Source: Fastidiosibacter lacustris (GTDB lineage: Bacteria; Pseudomonadota; Gammaproteobacteria; Francisellales; Francisellaceae). From it: 32,000 nt of DNA. Position 1 is the stretch's first letter, and every line of letters starts with the position of its first letter. This document shows, in pieces, positions 19,755 through 28,206 of the stretch. The DNA lies in NCBI RefSeq assembly GCF_003428155.1, contig NZ_QLIR01000010.1, positions 1 to 32,000 on the forward strand, in the 5' to 3' direction. Position numbers and translations under genes: made by a program. The notes under the pieces were generated by a model that was not told the origin of the DNA, ran no database searches, and saw only the letters and a program-made list of their open reading frames with translations.

Positions 19755-21025
19755 TGAGTATAAGGATACGTACTAAAAACCTTTTACATAATGAAATCCT
19801 AATTAAATCAATCGGCACAATGTTTATTCAAGGATTAGGACAGCTTACTGCTTTTGGTTCAGCCATTTTACTTGCTCACTACTTTGCTGTTGCTGAATAT
19901 GGTCAATATATGTTTGGAGTGACCATTGCAACCATCTTAGCTGTTATTGCAACACTTGGTGCTGATGGTATTTTAGCACGCAGTTGGGGTTGGTCTGAGA
20001 AAACAGGTAAAACACGTAATATAGAAGTCTTTCATTTACATAACTGGTTTTGGCGCCGTGGTATTGTTATTTTAATAATTACATTTGTGGGCTGCTTTAG
20101 CTATATTTATCTATTTAATCTCAATGCGAACTTTATTGAAGTATTTGCTTTTTTATTTGCCTTACCCTTTTTTATTGCTAACCTATTACAATCTTTTTAT
20201 ATTGCCAATAAAAAAGTAATTTATGCTAATTTGATTCAGCTCTTTATGCGTCTGATTATGCTAGCCATTATTGGAGTCTTTATCATAATGCGCATTCAAC
20301 AAACTACCTTTCTTGTTAGTATCATGTTTAGTGCAACTGCATTATATATGCTGCTGTTATGGTCTAAAATTAGCCTAAATTATGGTTTTCAATCACTCAA
20401 ACCACGGGGCAGTAACCTCTCTTTCATGCTATTGAAATGGGGTAACCTGCTATTAAGCCAAATTGGTATTGTATTACTTAAGTTTTTTTCATCCAATGAG
20501 AATATCGCTTATTATGCAGTTGCGCTACAGCTAGGTGCACTTGTAGTTTTTGTATTAAATGCCGTTAGCTCCAACATCACTGCACAAGTTGCAAATGACT
20601 ATAAAACACTTGATCATAAAACGTTCCAAAGCAAAATTACAGATTACACACATATTATTTTTAGTTTGTCAGCAATTGGAATGGTGTTACTGATTACTTG
20701 CGGTTATTGGATTACTATGCTCTATGGCACAAATTATAGCAAAGCCTATTATATTTTCTGTGTTCTCATGGTTGGGCAAGTGGTTAATGTTTTATGTGGC
20801 AGCGTTTTTACCATTCTCAATATGGCAGGACATGAAAAGACAACCTGTACTGTTTTTTACATCGCACTTAGTATTAATATCCTATTAGGTATTATTCTAA
20901 CTCCAAGCCTTGATGCTTATGGAGTTGCAATTGCTTCTGCTGTTGCTATGATTTTTTGGAACATTGTACTCGTATATGTAGTTATGACAAAACTTAAAAT
21001 CAATCCAACGATTTTTAGGCGATAA
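19745..21025 (+). CDS. Wzx-like polysaccharide flippase / oligosaccharide translocase
   Basis: 426 aa, about 12 hydrophobic helices; MFIQGLGQLTAFGSAILLAHYFAVAEYGQYMFGVTIATI pattern. Confidence 0.82.
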   Translation: MYLMSIRIRTKNLLHNEILIKSIGTMFIQGLGQLTAFGSAILLAHYFAVAEYGQYMFGVTIATILAVIATLGADGILARSWGWSEKTGKTRNIEVFHLHNWFWRRGIVILIITFVGCFSYIYLFNLNANFIEVFAFLFALPFFIANLLQSFYIANKKVIYANLIQLFMRLIMLAIIGVFIIMRIQQTTFLVSIMFSATALYMLLLWSKISLNYGFQSLKPRGSNLSFMLLKWGNLLLSQIGIVLLKFFSSNENIAYYAVALQLGALVVFVLNAVSSNITAQVANDYKTLDHKTFQSKITDYTHIIFSLSAIGMVLLITCGYWITMLYGTNYSKAYYIFCVLMVGQVVNVLCGSVFTILNMAGHEKTTCTVFYIALSINILLGIILTPSLDAYGVAIASAVAMIFWNIVLVYVVMTKLKINPTIFRR

Positions 21026-21145
21026 TCCTAAATCACTATTTTATTCTATACGAGCACAATCTTAATTATCAGCCTAAATAGATCGTACTAAATCAAAAAT
21101 AAACTACCTATTTGAGCGGGTAGTGGTTGATTAGTTTTCACTGAA

Positions 21146-22381
21146 CTAAATGATTTTCGTACTTTCAGTACTTTTAGCACTTGTGTTAGTAAAAGCAGCT
21201 AAGCGCCAAATAGCCTCACCTAATACACTTATTTCATCTGCACAACTTAACCTTATATAACCTTCGGCACCAAAGGCAGATCCAGGCATTACAGCCAAAT
21301 GCTTGCTTTCTAACAAATGCAAGCAAAAATCCATATCACTTTCAAAACCCATTCGCTCTATAATAGGCTGAACATAAGGAAAAAGATAAAATGTACTTTG
21401 TGGTAACAGACAGCTGACTCCCTTTATTTTTATTAACTCTTGATAACAAAAATCAACACGTTTTTGATAGATGTCTAACTGCGTTAATAATCCATTTCTA
21501 GGTAAAGCCAGTGCTTGAATTGCCGCATATTGTGAAATCGAACATGCACACGACATCGATTGCGATTGATAACGCTTAAGCATAGTAATCATATCCTGTG
21601 GCGCAATGATATAGCCAATGCGCCAACCTGCCATCGCATAACTTTTGGACACACCATTAACAATTGCATAACGTGATTTTAACTCGGGAGCAACTTCAAT
21701 TAACATTTGAGGGCGCACACTCCAATATAGCATATCATAAATATCATCACTCAAGACCCATACATCAGGATAATCCTTTAATACAGAAGCAATCATTTCT
21801 AACGTTTCTTTGCTATAAGTAGCACCTGTTGGATTATGTGGAGTATTTAAGATAAAGATGCGTGTGCGCGGACTAAGCTTAGCTTCCAACTGTTCTTTTT
21901 GCGGTTGGAAATAATTATGATGTGTGGTTTCAACACAAACAGGTACACCATGAGCAAGTTTAATCATATCAGGATAAGATGTCCAAAATGGTGAAAAGAA
22001 AATAACCTCATCACCTGGATTTAAAATGCAATTAAATAGATTGTATAAACTGTGTTTAGCTCCAGTTGTAACACAGACTTCTTGATTTAAAAATGTCAAA
22101 TCATAGTCACGTTGATAACGTTGAATAATGGCGTATTTAAGCTCCACTATGCCGTCAACAGGTGTATATTGTGTTAAATTATGATCAATTGCCATCTTAG
22201 CTGCTTCTTTCACTTTTTGTGGTGAGTTAAAGCCAGGCTCTCCCACGGCTAACGAAATAACATCTGTATGACCTGCTTTTACTAAGTCTCCAGCTCGAGC
22301 TGCCATTTCTGCTGCTTTTGACCCTTCTACATTTAGCACGCGCTTGCTAAATCGATTCTTTTGATTTGTTGTTACACTCAT
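21146..22381 (-). CDS. Class I pyridoxal phosphate-dependent aminotransferase (aspartate aminotransferase-like)
   Basis: 411 aa; VISLAVGEPGFNSPQKVKEAA, TPHNPTGATYSKE, VSDDIYDML, GVSKSYAMAGWRIGYI with the PLP lysine. Confidence 0.9.
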   Translation of the reverse strand: MSVTTNQKNRFSKRVLNVEGSKAAEMAARAGDLVKAGHTDVISLAVGEPGFNSPQKVKEAAKMAIDHNLTQYTPVDGIVELKYAIIQRYQRDYDLTFLNQEVCVTTGAKHSLYNLFNCILNPGDEVIFFSPFWTSYPDMIKLAHGVPVCVETTHHNYFQPQKEQLEAKLSPRTRIFILNTPHNPTGATYSKETLEMIASVLKDYPDVWVLSDDIYDMLYWSVRPQMLIEVAPELKSRYAIVNGVSKSYAMAGWRIGYIIAPQDMITMLKRYQSQSMSCACSISQYAAIQALALPRNGLLTQLDIYQKRVDFCYQELIKIKGVSCLLPQSTFYLFPYVQPIIERMGFESDMDFCLHLLESKHLAVMPGSAFGAEGYIRLSCADEISVLGEAIWRLAAFTNTSAKSTESTKII

Positions 22382-22398
22382 TTTTCCTCCTATACGTT

Positions 22399-25209
22399 CT
22401 ATAAAACGTATGCAACGACTGTCTTATCATATATTTCAAGAAATTGTTTATAGCTTTTTATCACAGTTTCATCAATAATGAAATCACTTGTATGCAATGA
22501 CCTCTCTAGCACATAAAGCCTTTCTTTCAACATAGGCACACCACAGTAACTTGCTCCACCATGAAGTTTATGCACTGCATCACGTAAAGCTTTTCCATTT
22601 TGCTCAATATATGCTTTATTAATTTCAGTTATCGCGTCAGGTAGAGACTTAATAAACGCATTTAGCATCTCTTTAGCAAAATTTTCATTACCACCAGCAA
22701 GCTTTGTGCCTAATGTCAAGTCAATTAATTTTTGTTCTATGTTTTGACCATTGTGATTTAAACTATCGCTATCATTTAATTGTTTTGCCCAAGGACTCAC
22801 TGCTTTTACATTGTTTATATCTTTAAAATAAGTCTCTAATAGTAAACTCAGAGATAAATCATCAATTGGTTTAATTTGCACGGCATCAAAGCCTTCTTTA
22901 AGTAACACATCGTTACGTCCATCTACAATATCTGCAGTAACTGCAATAATTGGTACGTGCTTGTACTTTGAAATTTTGCGTAACCGATGACATAATTCAA
23001 CCCCATCAACCTCAGGCATGTGCACATCGGTTAAAACCATTATAAAATCATGCTTATCAGCAAGTAAAAGAGCTTCTTTTGCACTTGTTGCTTCAATAGG
23101 ATAAAAACCTTTTTCTTGTAGTAATATCGTTAATAACTTAAGGTTAATCGGATTATCATCAACCGTTAAAATTAAAGGCTTATCCTTATTACTATCCTTT
23201 AGATCATAATTCACTATTTCTTCATTAGCAGTTATGTTTTCCTTATTCTGATCTAAACGACCTGAAAATAGCTCTGCCAATTTTTGAATTTTATAAGGGT
23301 AATTTATGCAATTTTGAATGGCTAAGTCGCTACTATAATCGCATAAATCTAATAGTGATCCATTTGCAACTAAATAAATGCGCCCTTTGCTAAACGATTG
23401 TAAATCCATAATTAGGGATTGTCTTAATTTTTGCATTGGGGGTAATACGTTAAAAACCAAAATAAGATCAAATTGATCATGTTCGACAACAGTATCAAGT
23501 AAGTCTGTTTCCGAATATTGAGTCATACATTTGACGCCAGCAGCCTCTAAATCATTGACTAACATTTTGCCAACATAGATTGTCCTATCATAAACAATCA
23601 CGTTTTTAAGCGGTATATATGGATAGGAAAGATCTATCTTGTTTTCACAATCAAAAATAACAGTAAAGCTAAAACAAGAACCTTTGTTTATTTCGCTTTT
23701 AACTTGAATCTTGCCACCCATTTTTTCAACAAGGTTCTTACTAATAGTTAGTCCTAATCCTGTTCCGCCATACTTGCGACTGGTTGATAGATCAGCCTGA
23801 GAAAATGCACTAAATAATTTTTTTATCTGAGTCCTTGATAAACCTATGCCAGTATCACAAACAGAAACAAATACTTCAACTTGCTGATTCAATATACGCT
23901 TGAGGTTAATACAAATCTCAACACCTCCTTCTTCAGTAAATTTAATTGCATTACCAATTAAATTAGTTAAAATTTGGCAGAACCTCAGTGCATCACCAGA
24001 AACCATTTTAGGTAATCTAGAATCAATGCGCACACCAAAATCAATCTGCTGCTGAATAATCTTGGGCTTAAATAACATCACACAATTTTGAATTTCCTCA
24101 TGTAAATCAAATGGGTGATTCTCCAACACTAAATTACCTGACTCAATTTTTGAAAAGTCCAAAATATCGTTGATAATACTTAACAGGCTTTTTGATGATT
24201 GAGTAATCGTTTCGACATATTCTTTCTGCAATGAATTTAATTTGCTTTTTTCAAGTAACCCCACAAAGCCTAAAATGCCATTCATGGGTGTGCGAATCTC
24301 ATGACTCATATTTGCAAGAAACTTACTCTTGACCTCACTGGCTTCAATTGCTTGCTTGCGCGCTATATCAAGCTGTACGTTCTGATGTTCGATCATTTTT
24401 AAAGTATGCCTTAGTTCTCTTGTTGCCTTTTTAATATTTCTTTGCATTTCTTCATGTGAGTTAGCTAATGACAACGCCATACTGTTAATCCCTTCTTCAA
24501 GTGTTTTAAGCTCACCAGGAGGATTACCATCTAATCTTGTATCAAGTGCACCGTCTTTAATACGCTTTACCGCATTGATAATATCAAAAAGTGGATTAAT
24601 CAAGTCCCCACCTAAACGTAGTCCAAATAAAATACTGACTGTTAGACCAATAATCACAATGAGTAATGTTGCAATAATCGCTTGATATTGATTAACAATC
24701 GTATTTTCCCGGCTTAAAGTCACTACTACCCAACCAATACGTTGATCTTTCTCTGTATAAAGTTTATCAATGTTATTTTCTTTAGGATTAACGGCTCTTG
24801 AAATAACAGGTGCTAAAAACTGGATATTTTTACTGCCCTCCTGCATGAAGATTTTTTTAGTTATAAGGTCAGCATTCTCCTTAAAAAAACTTGGATTTAC
24901 TTGTGGAATGCGACCAGTAAAAGTAAGTAAATCACCATTTTTATCATAAATAGCAGCCATGCGTACATCCGGATAATTTAGAATATTATCTGTAACATTT
25001 TGTAGGATGATTTTGCTATCGAAATAAAGTCCATATTCAGAAGCAGCAATGAGTTCCGTTGTGACTGCTTCCCCTCTGATATATAAGTTGCGGTCTAAAT
25101 CAGAAAATCTCATGCTGATAAAATAAAAACCAAGTAAGATAGACACTGTTAAAGTTGGTAACAGCGTCAATAAAATCATTCGTCCACGAATGCCAATGTT
25201 CTTGAGCAT
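22399..25209 (-). CDS. BarA/LetS/GacS-type hybrid sensor histidine kinase with receiver and HPt domains
   Basis: 936 aa; N-terminal TM, HAMP-like segment, MSHEIRTPMNGILG H-box, GTGLGLTISKNLVEKMGG, REC phosphoacceptor TDVHMPEVDG, HPt HKLHGGASYCG. Confidence 0.92.
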   Translation of the reverse strand: MLKNIGIRGRMILLTLLPTLTVSILLGFYFISMRFSDLDRNLYIRGEAVTTELIAASEYGLYFDSKIILQNVTDNILNYPDVRMAAIYDKNGDLLTFTGRIPQVNPSFFKENADLITKKIFMQEGSKNIQFLAPVISRAVNPKENNIDKLYTEKDQRIGWVVVTLSRENTIVNQYQAIIATLLIVIIGLTVSILFGLRLGGDLINPLFDIINAVKRIKDGALDTRLDGNPPGELKTLEEGINSMALSLANSHEEMQRNIKKATRELRHTLKMIEHQNVQLDIARKQAIEASEVKSKFLANMSHEIRTPMNGILGFVGLLEKSKLNSLQKEYVETITQSSKSLLSIINDILDFSKIESGNLVLENHPFDLHEEIQNCVMLFKPKIIQQQIDFGVRIDSRLPKMVSGDALRFCQILTNLIGNAIKFTEEGGVEICINLKRILNQQVEVFVSVCDTGIGLSRTQIKKLFSAFSQADLSTSRKYGGTGLGLTISKNLVEKMGGKIQVKSEINKGSCFSFTVIFDCENKIDLSYPYIPLKNVIVYDRTIYVGKMLVNDLEAAGVKCMTQYSETDLLDTVVEHDQFDLILVFNVLPPMQKLRQSLIMDLQSFSKGRIYLVANGSLLDLCDYSSDLAIQNCINYPYKIQKLAELFSGRLDQNKENITANEEIVNYDLKDSNKDKPLILTVDDNPINLKLLTILLQEKGFYPIEATSAKEALLLADKHDFIMVLTDVHMPEVDGVELCHRLRKISKYKHVPIIAVTADIVDGRNDVLLKEGFDAVQIKPIDDLSLSLLLETYFKDINNVKAVSPWAKQLNDSDSLNHNGQNIEQKLIDLTLGTKLAGGNENFAKEMLNAFIKSLPDAITEINKAYIEQNGKALRDAVHKLHGGASYCGVPMLKERLYVLERSLHTSDFIIDETVIKSYKQFLEIYDKTVVAYVL

Positions 25210-25476
25210 ATATTTGCTACTTGCTGTAGTCGGAAGGTTTAAAGATTATAAGCTAAAAAACGTTAAACTCAATTTTGAATGACAAATGTCCTTTTCCCAG
25301 ATAGCACTGTTTTCCCAGATGAGAGCCTTAAAGCTTATTCCATATGGCTTTGCGACATTTCACTTCTTGTCAAAGTTGGTGAGCATATTGCTTGCAATCC
25401 ATTTAATATCAAGGCTTTGAGAGTTTTCACAACAAAACAAATTTTTAAATCAGACTAAAATAATTGCTAAGATCTG

Positions 25477-26023
25477 TTATTTTAGTTCAGTAAACGCTTG
25501 CGATAAATCATTTTTTAAATCCTCAATATCTTCAAAACCGAGACTTACTCTCATTAACCATCCTGATCTATCCCAACTATTTGGTAATCTATAACTTTGG
25601 GGGCTTTCCACGGGGACTAATAAGCTTTCATGCCCACCCCAACTGTGTCCTAAACCAAAAATTTTTAGTCTATTTAACATTTTATCTAAAGACTTTTTTT
25701 CTATTTTATCTGATAAAGTAAATGCAAAAAACGCCAGAAGAGCCTTGAAAATCTCTTTTCCATAAATGATGCTGAGGATGTGTTTTTAATGCTGGAAATA
25801 TCACTTCGGAAACTATAGGTGTTTTAGACAGCCATTGAGCTAGTTTCATTGCTTGTATCTGGTGGTGTTTTAAACGAACAGATAGACTCCTAATCCCTTG
25901 AATTGCTGCATAAACATCCTCATTGCCGGCACATTGACCTGATTGTATAGTATATGTTCTTAACATATCATATGTTTTTTCATCAGATATTATTATGCCT
26001 AGAATACTCAATGAATGAGCTAA
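25477..26023 (-). pseudogene. Remnant of a Cys/Met metabolism PLP enzyme (cystathionine beta-lyase MetC-like)
   Basis: Two adjacent minus-strand ORFs in different frames match consecutive C-terminal parts of MetC: AHSLSILGIIISDEKTYDM...CAGNEDVYAAIQGIRSLSVRLKHHQ...HPQHHLWKRDFQGSSGVF, then KIFGLGHSWGGHESLLVP...LMRVSLGFEDIEDL. The N-terminal half is absent and a stop (TAA at 26027..26029) lies immediately upstream. Confidence 0.87.
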
Positions 26024-26105
26024 ACGTTATTATCTTGAGACTTGAGGGTAGTGACTGAAAAAAATTCCACCTTTTGATTATATAGTTTGAAATATTCATG
26101 AGCTT

Positions 26106-26996
26106 TTATTTCTCTATTGGATTATTTGACGAAGTTAATCCCCACTCACTCCAGGAGCCATCATAAACGGATAAATTTGTGTAATTTAACATATATCCAG
26201 CGAAAGCTAAGATACACGCCGTAACACCTGAACCACAGGTAAAAATAATGCTCTTACTTCCATCTATATTAAGGTCAATAAATTGTTGCTTTATTGCCTC
26301 TAATTCAATAAATTTTCCATTGCTTAAAAGTTGCTGAAAAGGTAAGTTTATTGAGTTGGGAATGTGTCCTGAGCGTAACGTCTTTCTTGGTTCAGCCTGT
26401 TTTCCTTGAAATCTTTCTAGAGATCTTGCATCAACTATTTGGTATTCATTTGGGTTATCAATGGCTTCTTTCACTTTATTGATATTGCAAAAAAAATCTT
26501 TGTTGTAATTAGCAGAGTATCCTTGGTTTCTAATACTTTTAATATCAGGGGCTAAGTTTTTCACATTTTCAACAGGAAGACCTAGTTTTACCCATTGTGA
26601 TATTGTTGCATTTAATATATATACGTTTTTATGCCCCATAGATTTAAACATCCACCAAACTCTCGGACTCGCGTAAATGCCTGATTGTTCATATAGGATA
26701 ATCAAGGTGTTATTCGTAATACCATAATTTGATATGCGCTCCTCAAATTGCTTGCTATCAGGCATCATATGAGGCAGTTCACTATTAGGGTTACTAAACT
26801 CTTCTATGCTCATTTTTTTAGCATTCGGAATAATCAATTGATCATCAATACCGCTTGAGCATTGGTTCACAGACTTTATGGTTATTTCGAAAATACAAAT
26901 ATTAGTATTAGTATCGGATAAGCTATGATAAAGCTGCTGGCAATTGATTAATGGTGAAGCTGTTTCTATATTTTTGATCTTAAGTTTATTGTTCAT
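26106..26996 (-). CDS. 3-mercaptopyruvate/thiosulfate sulfurtransferase-like (SseA type)
   Basis: 296 aa, tandem rhodanese; FTCGSGVTACILAFAG active-site loop, DARSLERFQGKQAEPRKTLRSGHIPNSINLPF. Confidence 0.88.
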   Translation of the reverse strand: MNNKLKIKNIETASPLINCQQLYHSLSDTNTNICIFEITIKSVNQCSSGIDDQLIIPNAKKMSIEEFSNPNSELPHMMPDSKQFEERISNYGITNNTLIILYEQSGIYASPRVWWMFKSMGHKNVYILNATISQWVKLGLPVENVKNLAPDIKSIRNQGYSANYNKDFFCNINKVKEAIDNPNEYQIVDARSLERFQGKQAEPRKTLRSGHIPNSINLPFQQLLSNGKFIELEAIKQQFIDLNIDGSKSIIFTCGSGVTACILAFAGYMLNYTNLSVYDGSWSEWGLTSSNNPIEK

Positions 26997-27130
26997 TTAT
27001 TGTTTCCCAAACAGTGTTTTGATAATACCATTCATCATTCCAACTTGAAGTAATTTTAAATTTACTTGAAATATCTCTGAACATCTATAGTGATCAATAG
27101 AATTAAAATTTATTTATGCAGATGATATGC

Positions 27131-27159
27131 TTGATTAATTATATCTTTTATGGTGTTAT
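27131..27159 (+). promoter_or_regulatory. Putative promoter of candidate peptide operon
   Basis: TTGATT - 17 nt - TGTTAT, about 58 nt upstream of the small ORF; 4/6 match to each consensus hexamer. Confidence 0.35.
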
Positions 27160-27216
27160 CATTACTGAGCAGCCGTTAATACTGTTCTTATGAAGTTAAT
27201 AAAATTAGGAGAAAGG

Positions 27217-27336
27217 ATGATGGAAGATAAAAATGTAACTGAGAAACCTGTTCAGAAAAAGAAAAAGCTTGATCACAATAAAATATTTGCGATCACAAGA
27301 AAGGGCTCTCCTGTACTTAGGAGTGTAATCAACTAA
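27217..27336 (+). CDS. Small peptide, candidate RiPP precursor
   Basis: 39 codons: MMEDKNVTEKPVQKKKKLDHNKIFAITRKGSPVLRSVIN, TAA stop. Strong SD AGGAG (27207..27211) precedes ATGATG. It is the first gene upstream of a co-directional enzyme/exporter set. An in-frame ATG at 27190 would give 48 aa. Confidence 0.65.
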   Translation: MMEDKNVTEKPVQKKKKLDHNKIFAITRKGSPVLRSVIN

Positions 27337-27350
27337 AATATAATCATTAC

Positions 27351-27388
27351 ATTAACCCTGTATTGGACATAGGGTTAATGTGTTTTTT
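27351..27388 (+). terminator. Hairpin with T-tract, terminator/attenuator between small ORF and downstream genes
   Basis: ATTAACCCT (27351..27359) - 11-nt loop - AGGGTTAAT (27371..27379), 9-bp perfect inverted repeat followed by GTGTTTTTT. Confidence 0.65.
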
Positions 27389-27405
27389 AAGAGCTCTTAG
27401 CTCTT

Positions 27406-28206
27406 GTGAAATTTGAAGAAATTATTCCATTCAGTAAAAAAATAAATGTTTTAAATTTGGGATCTAAGATGATAGAGGGTGATCCATCTGGTTATGAGAG
27501 TTTACCTAACATAAACGTGGTTAAAATTGATGGAAATAATGTTAATGATGAAACCCTAACGGTGATTATCGGAGATAGTTCTGAAAAAACTTTTTATAAC
27601 TGTAATTTGGAGACTTGCTCATCTCTTTTTTCACCAAATTTTGAGCTTATGGATTTATATAACAATATTTCAGAGTGGCTCACAGTTATTTCATATCACA
27701 AAGTTAGTACCAAAAACTTCAAAGATTTACATTTATCTTATTTGCCAGATTACACTAAATCAGATTTACAAGGTTCTAACCTAATGACAATTCAATATGG
27801 TGGAAAATATACAGATCATGCTCTAGTTATTGAGGTAGAGGTTGAATTTATTCAGCAGTATGTTATTTCAGAAATTGAACAAGTGTTAAGAGAAAAGAGG
27901 GTTAAGTTTCATACTTTTACTGGTTATGGGTCAAGACTGCTCAAACCAATGTTGTTTGTAGATAATCCGTTTCAAGCATTTAATCAATGGATGTGGGGGC
28001 ATGCTGTCTTTATTAAAGATATTACAGGCTATAAAAAACTATCAGAAGAAAAGCTTTACAAGCTTTCTCAAATAGCACATAACGTCTATTCTTCCTATGA
28101 CTTGAGTGCACATTGTCTATCCATAATTGATAACAGAATTGGATCTAACCTTGTTAAAAGGTATTTGAGCTCAATAAAGGAAGTAAAGTATGAAGTCGAT
28201 GAATAA
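27406..28206 (+). CDS. FkbM-family methyltransferase-like protein
   Basis: 266 aa, GTG start; INVLNLGSKMIEGDPSGYESL...INVVKIDGN, IGDSSEKTFYNCNLETCSSLFSPNFELMDLY, YTKSDLQGSNLMTIQYGG...LVIEVEVEFIQQY parallel the FkbM patterns VDVGA / TSSLFEPN / DFLKxDVQGxEL / EVEFVPLY. Confidence 0.75.
   Translation: MKFEEIIPFSKKINVLNLGSKMIEGDPSGYESLPNINVVKIDGNNVNDETLTVIIGDSSEKTFYNCNLETCSSLFSPNFELMDLYNNISEWLTVISYHKVSTKNFKDLHLSYLPDYTKSDLQGSNLMTIQYGGKYTDHALVIEVEVEFIQQYVISEIEQVLREKRVKFHTFTGYGSRLLKPMLFVDNPFQAFNQWMWGHAVFIKDITGYKKLSEEKLYKLSQIAHNVYSSYDLSAHCLSIIDNRIGSNLVKRYLSSIKEVKYEVDE

Noticed and set aside
27115-27192. Possible 25-codon leader ORF (MQMICLINYIFYGVIITEQPLILFL) overlapping ATG 27190
   Set aside because: No convincing SD and it overlaps the putative promoter; coding potential not supportable.
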